Origin: a virus
Taxonomy: Duplodnaviria > Caudoviricetes
IMG/VR virus record: IMGVR_UViG_3300028393_004061
Span: 14,189 to 78,188 of that record
DNA length: 64,000 bases
Direction: 5' to 3' (one strand)
Part shown: positions 30,583-40,921 of the stretch, piece by piece
Layout of the letters: each line of letters starts with the position of its first letter
How positions within the stretch are numbered: position 1 is the stretch's first letter
Notes under the pieces: generated by a model
The model's input: only the letters and a program-made list of their open reading frames with translations
Told to the model about the DNA's origin: nothing
Database searches by the model: none
Translations under genes and position numbers: made by a program

Positions 30583-31286
30583 AATTTTATCCTATTTTTT
30601 AAAAACAAATTAAGCTCATTTTTTCTATATCCATGAAAATGTATTATTTTTGTTTTTGAATTAAAATATTCACATATTGGAGCATAAGTATTACCTATGC
30701 TCCAACTTGTATTATATTCTTTATTTAAAATCAATCCATTTAATTTTATACATATAAATGTAAAAATTAATTCATCTAAAAATGTAATACTCAATAAGTT
30801 TTTCTTTTTTTCCCAATATTCTTTAAAAAGAGAAGAAATCAAATTTGAGTTTTGAAAAATACATCCTCCATTTAACTTTTCTCCTATTTCTGGCCATGCT
30901 GCAAAAGTCTTTTGGCCTAATTCTTTTGGCATAGCCATGCAGGTTTCTAAATCATCTATTTCATCTATATTCCTAATAATTAAACAATCTAGATCAAGAA
31001 CTAGGCATCTCCCTAGATAATCAAAGGATTGAGATTTCATCCAACCAACCTTATGCAATACATCACTTTTGTAAGGTGGTTCATGATCAATTATCTTTAC
31101 CACATCATATTTCCATATTTTGGGAATTTTTGTAGTCTCATCGGTCAATAATATTGGTTCCATTTTTGTTTCGCTTCTTTTATAAAAATCTAACCATATA
31201 TTTAAAAGATTTTCCGAAACAGAGTGATGTTTTCTTTTAGTGTCTAACTTTTCATCAAAGTATATAATGCTTATTTTTGTTTTCAT
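30579..31286 (-). CDS. Glycosyltransferase, GT-A (GT8-like)
   Basis: VLDLDCL, LNGG, DE and HFHG; start revised to ATG 31286. Confidence 0.7.
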   Translation of the reverse strand: MKTKISIIYFDEKLDTKRKHHSVSENLLNIWLDFYKRSETKMEPILLTDETTKIPKIWKYDVVKIIDHEPPYKSDVLHKVGWMKSQSFDYLGRCLVLDLDCLIIRNIDEIDDLETCMAMPKELGQKTFAAWPEIGEKLNGGCIFQNSNLISSLFKEYWEKKKNLLSITFLDELIFTFICIKLNGLILNKEYNTSWSIGNTYAPICEYFNSKTKIIHFHGYRKNELNLFLKNRIKL

Positions 31287-32025
31287 AATACAATCCAATA
31301 GTTTTTTCTATAAATGGCTTTGCCCAAAAAATGCAAAAAGGTATATTGACTTTTTTTATGTTTTTGTGAATATATAATATATTTTTTATATTTTTTATAT
31401 TCCTTAAACATGATATAGAACATATTGTTTTATTTCCCACATTTAAATTTTTTTTTATATGTATAAAATTTAGAAAATCAATATGATCATTTACTGATTG
31501 GCTTGTTTTGAAAACTTCTTCCTGTAGCTTAAGAACACCTTTTTTAGTCATGGCAAAATTATTTGAATGAAGTTTTCTTTTTTGTTTGAAATTGAACCAT
31601 GGCTGACTAGGCAATTCTTCGTTTGGATACATGACACTTGTAATAAACTCACAAGAATCCCAATATATCAAATCGTAGGAAAAAATATCTTTCACATTCA
31701 ACAAACTATCAATTAAATCTGGTGAATATAAATCATCATCGTCTGTAAATAAAAAAATAGAATTTGAGTCACAATCTAATACTTCAGACCAAGTAAATAA
31801 TTGTTTAGATGGAATCTTTTTCCAATTATCTAATGCTATATCAACTATTTTTTGTCTAAATTCAAAGTACTTATATAATAATTTTTTATCCCATTCTTTT
31901 ATCAAGTCTAGAATTATTTTCATATCCCATGGTCTATTTTGTTGTAAGAAATTTTCATAATTTAATTCTTTATAATTCACTTTATTGCTTACATAAGTAT
32001 AAACATTGATATTTTTATATGCCAT
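31255..32025 (-). CDS. Putative GT-A glycosyltransferase
   Basis: FTDDDD motif; start revised to ATG 32025 (MAYKNINV) because the track's extension overlaps a divergent gene. Confidence 0.55.
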   Translation of the reverse strand: MAYKNINVYTYVSNKVNYKELNYENFLQQNRPWDMKIILDLIKEWDKKLLYKYFEFRQKIVDIALDNWKKIPSKQLFTWSEVLDCDSNSIFLFTDDDDLYSPDLIDSLLNVKDIFSYDLIYWDSCEFITSVMYPNEELPSQPWFNFKQKRKLHSNNFAMTKKGVLKLQEEVFKTSQSVNDHIDFLNFIHIKKNLNVGNKTICSISCLRNIKNIKNILYIHKNIKKVNIPFCIFWAKPFIEKTIGLYYENKNKHYIL

Positions 32026-32033
32026 GATTTGAT

Positions 32034-32041
32034 TATTTATG
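32034..32041 (-). promoter_or_regulatory. Putative late promoter (CATAAATA)
   Basis: 8 nt upstream of ATG 32025 and overlapping the divergent gene's ATG. Confidence 0.4.
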
Positions 32042-32590
32042 ATTATAAAACCAAAAAATAGAATTGAACTTTTAAACATTTTACCTAAAAATGGCATAGT
32101 TGCTGAAATAGGAGTTAAAAGTGGTCTGTTTGCCAAGCACATTTATGAGATTTCACAACCCAAAAAAATATTTTTGATAGATTGTTGGGAAAGTCAGAAA
32201 GGATCTTACGAAATTGATTCTACAAATAATCAAAATCATGAAAAGTGCTATAAAGATGTATTAAATCATTTTGGTAAATATAAAAACGCAATAATCATAA
32301 AAGATTATTCGCATAATGCTTGCAAATGCTTTGAAAATAACTTTTTTGATTGGGTTTATATTGATGCCAATCATACTTATGATGCAATTTTTAACGATAT
32401 AAATAATTGGTGGCCACTGATTAAAAATAATGGGTACATATGTGGACATGATTATTTTACAGATTATTGGGTCGATGTTGAATTGGCAGTTAATAACTTT
32501 TTAAAATTAAATAAAAAAAATCTATATGCTTTAACCTTATCGAAATATCCTAGTTGGTGCATTAAGAAAAATGAAATTAAATTAATATGA
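32039..32590 (+). CDS. Class I SAM methyltransferase (Methyltransf_24-like)
   Basis: AEIGVKSG, FDWVYIDANHTY and GYICGHDY. Confidence 0.88.
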   Translation: MIIKPKNRIELLNILPKNGIVAEIGVKSGLFAKHIYEISQPKKIFLIDCWESQKGSYEIDSTNNQNHEKCYKDVLNHFGKYKNAIIIKDYSHNACKCFENNFFDWVYIDANHTYDAIFNDINNWWPLIKNNGYICGHDYFTDYWVDVELAVNNFLKLNKKNLYALTLSKYPSWCIKKNEIKLI

Positions 32591-33300
32591 AAGAAATTAG
32601 AATAATAGGCATGATGCGATCTGGACATCATGCAATTGCAAACTGGATTTTCAATCAAGCCAAGGAAACTGTTTTTTTTATAAATAGGATTCAAGGAAAG
32701 AAAATTCACTATACAAATATAGATTTTACCTTTTGGAAACCAGACTATTTTATCTACAATTTTGAAGATGAAAAAATTGAACAGGTTATTGAGGCAATAT
32801 CAAGAATTAAGTTTTTTTATGACTTAGAAGAAAACTATAAATATATAGTAGTAATTAGAGATCCATATAATTTATTTGCAAGTAGAGCAAAAAAAGAAGA
32901 AGATCTTAAAAGTGTTGGCAAGAATACAACTTCTATGGTTGGAAATTTAACTTCCGAAGCAATTGAATTGTGGAAAGAATTAGCCTATGAATATTTAGAT
33001 AATAAATCCATACTTAAAAACAAAATATGTGTAAATTATAATTTATGGTCATCATGTAAAAAATATAGACAAAAATTAGCTAAAAAAATTGGAATTTATT
33101 TTACAGATGAAGGATTTAGAGAGGTACCAGTTTTTGGCAATGGAAGTAGTTTTGATTTCATGAAATACAATGGTAATGCACAAAATATGAAAATACATGA
33201 AAGATATAAGGAATACTCAAACTGTTCTTGGTTCAAATCTATATTCGATAAAGAGACTAAAGAATTAAGTCAACATATATTTAAAATATCTCCATTTTAA
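32587..33300 (+). CDS. Sulfotransferase-like protein
   Basis: GMMRSGHH (PAPS-loop-like) and IRDPYNLFASR. Confidence 0.65.
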   Translation: MKEIRIIGMMRSGHHAIANWIFNQAKETVFFINRIQGKKIHYTNIDFTFWKPDYFIYNFEDEKIEQVIEAISRIKFFYDLEENYKYIVVIRDPYNLFASRAKKEEDLKSVGKNTTSMVGNLTSEAIELWKELAYEYLDNKSILKNKICVNYNLWSSCKKYRQKLAKKIGIYFTDEGFREVPVFGNGSSFDFMKYNGNAQNMKIHERYKEYSNCSWFKSIFDKETKELSQHIFKISPF

Positions 33301-33317
33301 AACACATAAACATTATA

Positions 33318-34298
33318 TTAATTTTTTTGTAAATATTGATTGTATGACTCTATAATTTCTTTTGCCCAAATTTCAGCCAACCAATTTTCATTCCATGAAG
33401 ATAAAATTTTATTTCTAGCTTGGACTCTCATGAATTCTAAATTTTTCCAATTATTTAAAATATAATAAATTTTATCCATTAAATCTGAACAATCAACATT
33501 AAAAGGAACATAATAATTATTTTTAAAAATATTTGGTAATGAAACAACATGGTCACTATTTGGCTTTAGAAGAATTGCACCACAATAAATTGCATCAAAA
33601 TCTCTATAACACATTTCTCCCCATCCCCAAGGAGAAATACAAATTTTCGAATTCAACAAAGAATTTATCCAATCTTTTCTTTTTAAAATTTTATTTACAA
33701 GTTTACTACAATTTAATTGTTCTAATTTTTGACTTATAGATTTTCTATGACAAAAAATTACAGGGGAATCTTGCCACATATTGCAAAGATAATTTACATC
33801 TATTTTTCTTTCTTGTTTGTAATTTATTTTTTGTCTTCTTACTTCATTGAATAATTCTTGACAACAAAGAGGAACCATACATTTTATTTTATTTAATGCT
33901 TTTTCAGACATCGAATTAGTAAAAACCAATGAATCATTCAATTTAAAAGCATTTTTGATTAATTCAAAATGATATCTATCTGTTCCGCAATTATTTATTT
34001 TTTTTGGATCACATATAGATGTTTTAAATATTCCCAAAACATTTTTTTCTTCGGCCATTTCTCTTACACATTCATTATGCACTATGCAAGAATCTGCTCT
34101 TTCTAAAATAATCGTAGGTTTTTTTACTGATAATGCTTTTTTATGATGTGATATAAGTATGTCATAATTAAAGTCGCTAATAGTAATTCCATATTGTGCA
34201 AATTTTTCTTTACATCTTAGTAAAGGAATTATTTGATCTATTGCTTCTTTTCTTTCTTCCAAATTAAATTTTACTTTTATATTTTTATATTTCAACAT
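33318..34298 (-). CDS. Glycosyltransferase, GT-B-like (paralog of 29599..30582)
   Basis: IILERADS and SKICISPWGWGEMCYRDF...LLKP. Confidence 0.7.
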   Translation of the reverse strand: MLKYKNIKVKFNLEERKEAIDQIIPLLRCKEKFAQYGITISDFNYDILISHHKKALSVKKPTIILERADSCIVHNECVREMAEEKNVLGIFKTSICDPKKINNCGTDRYHFELIKNAFKLNDSLVFTNSMSEKALNKIKCMVPLCCQELFNEVRRQKINYKQERKIDVNYLCNMWQDSPVIFCHRKSISQKLEQLNCSKLVNKILKRKDWINSLLNSKICISPWGWGEMCYRDFDAIYCGAILLKPNSDHVVSLPNIFKNNYYVPFNVDCSDLMDKIYYILNNWKNLEFMRVQARNKILSSWNENWLAEIWAKEIIESYNQYLQKN

Positions 34299-34306
34299 AT
34301 GCTAAA

Positions 34307-35152
34307 TTATAACAAATTAATATAATTTTTTCCATGTTTGTTTAAAAACTCTTTTAAGCTTACTTGGTTTGATAAATTGCTTATATTTAATTCTTCTGCC
34401 GAACTCAAAATAGAATCGTGTATTGGTAAATTCCATTTTTTGCAAAATTTTACACCATTGTATAATCCCATCAACCTAACTAAGCTTCTTGAATCGGAAT
34501 AATTATAATCAATATAATTGTGATGCAAATGAAGCTCGTTGCACTCAATTGGAATAAAATTATATTTTTGATTGTAAGCACTCATGTAAAAATCAATGTC
34601 TGGAAATCCCCAACCAACAAAACTACCATCAAATCCACCACTCTTGTAATATCCTTTTTTGGTAAAAGCAACACAACCAGACATAGGATTTTTTCTTCTT
34701 ATGGCATCTATAGGATTTGAATATACTCTTTGATCTTCTATTACAAAATGTTTATTTTCTTTAAAATTATCACGCACACTTTTTATTGTTTTAAAATCAT
34801 GATCTTTCAAAAATTGATATAGATACTTTGGAAAAACAAATGATTTGTCATCAACTTTTGAATAAATTAATTCAAAGTAGTTTTTAGGCAAAATTCTATC
34901 TGAATCAATATAAATGATTTTATCATTATTTGATTTTTCTATACCAGCCTCAATAGAATTTTTCCAACAATAAAAATTATGATTTCTTTTGACCTCTACA
35001 TATTCATAATCACAATTAAAATTAATTTTACCATCAACACTTATTATAATTTGACATGATTCAAATCCATCCATCTCTTTTAAAAAATCTAATGTTTGCA
35101 AAAGGTTTCTTTTTCTGTCAGTAGAATATAAAATTAAAATGCTATATTTCAT
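34307..35152 (-). CDS. Glycosyltransferase, GT2/GT7-C-like
   Basis: YIDSD, GGFDGSFVGWGFPDIDF and HLHH. Confidence 0.82.
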   Translation of the reverse strand: MKYSILILYSTDRKRNLLQTLDFLKEMDGFESCQIIISVDGKINFNCDYEYVEVKRNHNFYCWKNSIEAGIEKSNNDKIIYIDSDRILPKNYFELIYSKVDDKSFVFPKYLYQFLKDHDFKTIKSVRDNFKENKHFVIEDQRVYSNPIDAIRRKNPMSGCVAFTKKGYYKSGGFDGSFVGWGFPDIDFYMSAYNQKYNFIPIECNELHLHHNYIDYNYSDSRSLVRLMGLYNGVKFCKKWNLPIHDSILSSAEELNISNLSNQVSLKEFLNKHGKNYINLL

Positions 35153-35221
35153 TTTTCTTTTTTTAAATTGTGTAAACTTAAACTTATATATCTATAACAA
35201 TTAAAATATTTTTAATCTATT

Positions 35222-35905
35222 ATGAAACCTTTAGTAAGATGGACAATTGGATTTGACAAAGAAGATTCTTATAAAATTTTAAAATTATCAATTTCTAATT
35301 TTTATAAACTTTATGGCGACACATTTGATTATGCGGTTTGTTACAATAAATGTAATGTTGAAAAAATAAAAATGGATATCGATCTAATAACAATAGATCA
35401 AACAAAATATATGGAAACTTTAAAAGTTTTACCATTTTCGACCTCTTGGAAGTTATATCCTCCAAGAATAAGACTTACACAACATGAAATATTTTTAGAT
35501 AATGATGTTGTTATTTATAAAAAAATTCCCTTAATCGATGAGTTTCTTAAAAGCAAAAAAATAACATTTGCTACAGAAGCAAAAAAAAGAAATTATGGAA
35601 GTTTTGATAAAGCCATACCAGAAAAAACACTTATAAATACAGGTGTATTTGGTTTGCCTCCTTATTTTGACATTAAAAGTAAAATAAATGAAATGTTAAA
35701 AGACGGATGGAATAATTGGTATGACGAACAAGGATTAATAGCATCAATATTATTTAAAGAAAATAACTTTAAAATAATATCAATTAATGATATTTTCGTA
35801 TGTTTCGATGAATTAAAATTTGGTCAATATGGAATACATTTTGTTGGTTTGAATATAAATGACAATAAATATTGGACAAAACACTTCAAAAATTTCAAAC
35901 TATAA
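35222..35905 (+). CDS. Putative GT-A glycosyltransferase
   Basis: WKLYPPR, FLDNDVV, NTGVFG, DEQG and HFVG. Confidence 0.7.
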   Translation: MKPLVRWTIGFDKEDSYKILKLSISNFYKLYGDTFDYAVCYNKCNVEKIKMDIDLITIDQTKYMETLKVLPFSTSWKLYPPRIRLTQHEIFLDNDVVIYKKIPLIDEFLKSKKITFATEAKKRNYGSFDKAIPEKTLINTGVFGLPPYFDIKSKINEMLKDGWNNWYDEQGLIASILFKENNFKIISINDIFVCFDELKFGQYGIHFVGLNINDNKYWTKHFKNFKL

Positions 35906-36517
35906 AATAGTCAAAATGTTTTTTTTAATTTTTTTAGAGTTTAGTTTTAAATCGTGGAATCCAAATGATTTATTGTCTTCGTAATTGCCATGTTCTGTTG
36001 AAAACCTATAAGCAATATCAGAAGGAGCATACTTACAACCATGATTCTCAAATTCCTTACGCAAAATATCAGAAAGCATAACATCATCTGGGTTGTCTAC
36101 TTCTAGATCTTTTGTAATTATTTTTTGTGCTTCTAAAAACTTTTTACTTTTTAAACAGAATCCACCATTTCCAACAAGATCGTTTAACCAAGGCCATGGC
36201 GCACCAATATAATCATAATCAAAAAATGTATCATCCCAAGCATTTGGATTTACAACAAAACCATCCCATTGAACAGTAAGACAAAAATCAGAATCTATTT
36301 CATATGGCAAATTCTTCACAATGAAATTATCATAATCTCTTTTTGAATTTATTTTTTCGATTAACTTGTAATTCATGTCAACTGGTTTGTGAGTGAATAT
36401 AATCGTATCATAAAAATCACAATACTTATTGCACATTTTTAATGCATATATGCTTTCTACTATTTTACTAGAAGATACAGAAATACATGTGACATTTTTT
36501 AAATTAATTTTACTCAT
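35900..36517 (-). CDS. DUF5672-like (GT-A-related) protein
   Basis: VQWDGFV, YDYIGAPW, VGNGGFCLKS and FGFH. Confidence 0.8.
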   Translation of the reverse strand: MSKINLKNVTCISVSSSKIVESIYALKMCNKYCDFYDTIIFTHKPVDMNYKLIEKINSKRDYDNFIVKNLPYEIDSDFCLTVQWDGFVVNPNAWDDTFFDYDYIGAPWPWLNDLVGNGGFCLKSKKFLEAQKIITKDLEVDNPDDVMLSDILRKEFENHGCKYAPSDIAYRFSTEHGNYEDNKSFGFHDLKLNSKKIKKNILTIL

Positions 36518-36528
36518 AAACTTAAAAG

Positions 36529-36536
36529 TATTTATG
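36529..36536 (-). promoter_or_regulatory. Putative late promoter (CATAAATA)
   Basis: 11 nt upstream of ATG 36517. Confidence 0.4.
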
Positions 36537-36554
36537 AATAATATTAAAATTTTA

Positions 36555-37970
36555 CTACAAATTATAATATCCCAAGATATGTTTTATTTCATCGGTATTA
36601 AATTCTTCTGTATCAACATATGGTTTATCGTTTTTTTCATCGACTTGCAATAAAATTAGATTTTGCTTTGCAGATGAATCTTTTGGAGTAACCCAACTTT
36701 GTGGATGACCGCTTGGTTTCCACCAAGTTTGAGGATCTTTTACTGAATTTTTTTCTAGTTGGTTCATCAATTGGTAAAAATCAGATATAACTAATGAATA
36801 TTCGATATTATTTTCTAAAGCTAAGTTTTTCTCTTCTTTTGGATCTTTTTCAATATCGTACAATTCAACAATATTATTTTTTAAATGTATTTTGTAATTA
36901 TCTTTTCTTATAACAGCATATGCTGCTATTTTTCTCTTACCGTCAATATATCTTTCAAAATTACCAAAAAACAAATCATAAATGATTGTTTTTCCTTTAG
37001 GACTTTGTTGGTACTCAATAAATTTAGATATATCAGAACCATCTATTTTATCATCATGATTTACGCCAATTAATTTGCATAATGTCGGAACAAAATCAAC
37101 GGCATGATACAAGCCATTATTTATCAATCCATTATTCCAAGGTTTATAATTTATAAAATTTATTGCTTTAATGCCACCCTCATAGTTAGTGGTTTTTCCT
37201 CCACGATATATGCCATTATCACTACCAGCATTTAAAAAGCCACCATTATCACTTGTAAACCATATTAGTGTATCTTCCCTAAGATTATTGTCATCTAAAG
37301 CAACCAATATTTTCCCTATGCAATCATCTAAATGTGTGACCATAGACAACAAATCTAGCCTTTTACCATTTAGCTTATCTTTATAAACTTCTTTGTATTT
37401 TGATGGGTATTGCAATGGAGTGTGAGGGGAATTGTATGCTATATAATAAAAGAAAGGTTTTGTTTCGGTTTTTAAATTTTCTACAATCTTATTCGTAAGA
37501 CAATCAGCATTATGACCCTCGCAATATGTTGGTTCATTATTTTCTAACAAATCATGAATTGCTCCGTTTTTATTTGTCCAATGATCTATATTTCCATAAT
37601 AATTTCCATAATGATAATCAAAGCCACGATTAATTGGTATGTATTTGACATCTGAATGACCTAAATTCCACTTTCCAAACATTTTTGTCGTATAATTTGC
37701 ATCTTTGAAATATTGTGGCAAAAACTTTGCATCTGAATTTATAGAATTTGTATTCCATGGCCAAATAACCCTTTGCATTCCCAATCGATAACAGTACATC
37801 CCAGTCATGAGTGCTGCTCTAGTAGGAGAACAACTACTCTGAACATAAAAATTTTCTAATCTTGTTCCTTCTAAAGCCAACTTGTCAATGTTTGGAGTTA
37901 TAGCATCTGCATTTTTATATCCAACATCACCATAACCCAAGTCATCTGCGATAATAATAATAATATTCAT
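36555..37970 (-). CDS. Arylsulfatase (Cys-type, formylglycine-dependent), no signal peptide
   Basis: ADDLG, CSPTRAALMTG (CxPxR), GKWNLG, SPHTP, SDNG and YEGG. Confidence 0.93.
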   Translation of the reverse strand: MNIIIIIADDLGYGDVGYKNADAITPNIDKLALEGTRLENFYVQSSCSPTRAALMTGMYCYRLGMQRVIWPWNTNSINSDAKFLPQYFKDANYTTKMFGKWNLGHSDVKYIPINRGFDYHYGNYYGNIDHWTNKNGAIHDLLENNEPTYCEGHNADCLTNKIVENLKTETKPFFYYIAYNSPHTPLQYPSKYKEVYKDKLNGKRLDLLSMVTHLDDCIGKILVALDDNNLREDTLIWFTSDNGGFLNAGSDNGIYRGGKTTNYEGGIKAINFINYKPWNNGLINNGLYHAVDFVPTLCKLIGVNHDDKIDGSDISKFIEYQQSPKGKTIIYDLFFGNFERYIDGKRKIAAYAVIRKDNYKIHLKNNIVELYDIEKDPKEEKNLALENNIEYSLVISDFYQLMNQLEKNSVKDPQTWWKPSGHPQSWVTPKDSSAKQNLILLQVDEKNDKPYVDTEEFNTDEIKHILGYYNL

Positions 37971-38013
37971 GTTTTTATATATGATAATTGCAAATGTTTA
38001 ATCTATTAAATTC

Positions 38014-38790
38014 ATGAAGGATTTATTGATAGGTTCTGTTTATTCAACAAGCGATAGAAACAACTATTGGTATAAACTACAAACAGATTTTATAAAAAAA
38101 AACACAACAAATGTAGAATATGATTTTTCTATTTTTTTTAATTGTAAAAAAGAAGAATACGAAGAAGAACAAATATTTGAAAAAAACATTATAGCAAGAG
38201 GATTAAATGGTTATTACTTATCTGAAAATCATAAAAATGGATTAAACCATATCATAAAATATGCAAAAGAAAATAAATATAAGAATTTGCTTTTGCTAGA
38301 TAGTGATTGCTTTCCTATTAAAGAAAAATGGTTTAATGAACTATTGTGGCTAACAAAAGATGTACATTATGCTGCTCCCATTAGATTTGAAAATCTTGAT
38401 AATTTCCCACATCCATGTTGCTTTTTTATAAAAAACATTACTGATAGCAATGTATTTTTTTTATTCCAAGAAATAACCACTTTGGTTGGACAAAAACTTA
38501 ACGAATGCATCCCAAATATTGATAATTTTTATCCATTGATTAGATCAAATTACAATAACCCAGACCCAATTATGTGTGGAATATATAAAGATATGTTTTA
38601 TCATCATGGCTGTGGAAGTAGAATTACAAAATCATCTAGATGTAATGATTTAAATTATTATGGAATGCTCAATAGTTTAAATAGAATCAATAAACATGAA
38701 AACGCTCTATATGAAAAACTTATAAACCATCCAGAAGAATTTATTTCAAGTCTCATGCGTAATAATCAAAATAAAGAAAATTTAATATGA
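38014..38790 (+). CDS. Putative GT-A glycosyltransferase
   Basis: LLDSDCFP and YHHG; lies within the glycan island. Confidence 0.6.
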   Translation: MKDLLIGSVYSTSDRNNYWYKLQTDFIKKNTTNVEYDFSIFFNCKKEEYEEEQIFEKNIIARGLNGYYLSENHKNGLNHIIKYAKENKYKNLLLLDSDCFPIKEKWFNELLWLTKDVHYAAPIRFENLDNFPHPCCFFIKNITDSNVFFLFQEITTLVGQKLNECIPNIDNFYPLIRSNYNNPDPIMCGIYKDMFYHHGCGSRITKSSRCNDLNYYGMLNSLNRINKHENALYEKLINHPEEFISSLMRNNQNKENLI

Positions 38791-40214
38791 CAGTACTATT
38801 AGGATTTTATCTTGGTCATGACAGCAATATCGCAGTTTCTATAAATGGAAAAATAAAATATAGAAAGTCAGAAAGATATTTTCAAAAAAAACACCATAAA
38901 GCAAATTTACAATTCGTATTTGACACTTTGAATGATTGGGGAATTGATAAAGTTGACTATTGTGCATACACAGATGGAAATAGACAAAATTTAGGTATAT
39001 GTCAAAAAAATGAATTTTTTTGCGATGGATCATTGAAACAATTTAAAAGCTATTGTCTAGATCATCATTATGCTCATGCTTTAAGTCTTTGGCCTGTAAT
39101 TGACACAGAAAAAATAAACTATTCCGTATCAATCGATGGAAGAGGAGATTGGAATAGAAGCATGATGGTAATAAAAAACCCAGCTAGAAATCCAACAATA
39201 GTAAAGTCGCAAGATTCCCTTGGCATGGGATATGAGTTTTATCTAATGGGTAAAATGCTTGGGTTTACAGGAATGGAATATGACTTTGCTGGTAAACTTA
39301 TGGGATTACAATCATATTCAGAAGATGATATTGTTAAATTTGGTTTGCCAAAATTGAAAAATACAAGTTATAAAACAAGCCTTCTGTATGGAGATAACAA
39401 TGCTTATTCTACCTACAAAGAATGGCATGAGTATTGGTGGAATTATGTAAAAAATGTATTTGATTTTCCTAAAGATTCTATCATTTCATATACTGGAGGA
39501 TGCGCACAAAATTCTGTTTATAACTATAGATTAAAAAAAATGTTTGAAAATATACATATACCACCACATGCTTATGATGGTGGACTTTCTTTAGGATGTT
39601 TGGAATTCTTAAGAATAAAATATGATTTAAATCAATTTGAAAATACTGATTTTCCATTTTGGCAAGACGATTCAATAGATGAACAACCAACATTAAAAAC
39701 AATAAAATATGCAGCAGAATGCATCTCCAGAGGCAAAATAATAGGTTGGATGCAAGGATCTGGCGAACTCGGCCCTAGATCTTTAGGAAATAGATCGATT
39801 TTAATGAATGCTATAAATCCAAAAAACAAAGATATATTAAACGATAGAGTTAAAAAAAGAGAAATGTGGAGACCATATGCTGGTTCAATACTCTCAGACT
39901 TTACCACACAATATTTCGACATGGATAAAAGTGAATATATGTTATATGCCTGTAATGTCACAAATGGGAACATACCAGCGGTAACACATGTTGACAACAC
40001 TTGCAGAATGCAAACCGTTAAAGGTGGAATATTCGCAGAGCTTATTTATCAATACTACAAATTGACAGGAATTCCATTAGTTTTAAATACTTCTTTAAAT
40101 GTTATGGGAAAACCAATAAAATCCAAAATAGAAAACCCAATAGAACTATTGCAACAATGTAATCTTGATTACCTTTTTGTTGGAAATAAAATATATCACC
40201 AATTAAAACTATGA
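38787..40214 (+). CDS. Carbamoyltransferase (NodU/CmcH family)
   Basis: GHDS, HHYAHA, IDGRGD, AGKLMGL, GGCAQN, ELGPRSLGNRSIL, RPYA and LNTSLN. Confidence 0.93.
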   Translation: MTVLLGFYLGHDSNIAVSINGKIKYRKSERYFQKKHHKANLQFVFDTLNDWGIDKVDYCAYTDGNRQNLGICQKNEFFCDGSLKQFKSYCLDHHYAHALSLWPVIDTEKINYSVSIDGRGDWNRSMMVIKNPARNPTIVKSQDSLGMGYEFYLMGKMLGFTGMEYDFAGKLMGLQSYSEDDIVKFGLPKLKNTSYKTSLLYGDNNAYSTYKEWHEYWWNYVKNVFDFPKDSIISYTGGCAQNSVYNYRLKKMFENIHIPPHAYDGGLSLGCLEFLRIKYDLNQFENTDFPFWQDDSIDEQPTLKTIKYAAECISRGKIIGWMQGSGELGPRSLGNRSILMNAINPKNKDILNDRVKKREMWRPYAGSILSDFTTQYFDMDKSEYMLYACNVTNGNIPAVTHVDNTCRMQTVKGGIFAELIYQYYKLTGIPLVLNTSLNVMGKPIKSKIENPIELLQQCNLDYLFVGNKIYHQLKL

Positions 40215-40921
40215 TACCAGTTATAATAAATAATAGAAACAGATTGACTCATTTTAAAAGTCTTATAAATTGGCTTCAAAAAATAAATTGTAGAATTATT
40301 GTTCTCGATAATGATTCTACATATGAACCATTAATTGAATATTATTCAAATATATCCAATGATGTTGAGATTTGTTTTCTCGGACAAAACTTAGGACATC
40401 AAGCTTTGTATAGTTGGAAATTACATCAAAAATTTAATGAAAAGTTTTTCATATACACCGATTCCGATGTTGTTCCAACCGATCTATGCCCATTGAATGT
40501 TCTTGATTATCTTGTAGAAAATAAAAGCAAATATAGAGATTATCACAAAATAGGACTTTCACTTAAAACTGACGACATACCAGATCACTACCAACATAAA
40601 AAATTAGTTTTAAAATGGGAAAACGATTTCAAGAAAAAAAACTTAAATGATTTTTATATTTGCCCAGTAGACACTACATTTGCCATCTATGAAACAAAAA
40701 GCTTGGCATCTGAAAACCATATTTTATCGCCATGCCTAAGAACAAAAATACCATACGAAGCAAGACATATGCCTTGGTACAATGATACCAATAAATTAAA
40801 TGATGAAGAAGCATATTACATATCTCATGCAAATGCAAGGTTTCAAAACATACATGGAAAAAACATACCAGTTGGAATGTGGACTCAACTAGATAAGAAT
40901 AAAGTTATAAAAGTTTTTTAA
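40211..40921 (+). CDS. Glycosyltransferase family 2-like
   Basis: IVLDNDSTY, YTDSDVV, VDTTFA and ARHMPWY. Confidence 0.8.
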   Translation: MIPVIINNRNRLTHFKSLINWLQKINCRIIVLDNDSTYEPLIEYYSNISNDVEICFLGQNLGHQALYSWKLHQKFNEKFFIYTDSDVVPTDLCPLNVLDYLVENKSKYRDYHKIGLSLKTDDIPDHYQHKKLVLKWENDFKKKNLNDFYICPVDTTFAIYETKSLASENHILSPCLRTKIPYEARHMPWYNDTNKLNDEEAYYISHANARFQNIHGKNIPVGMWTQLDKNKVIKVF

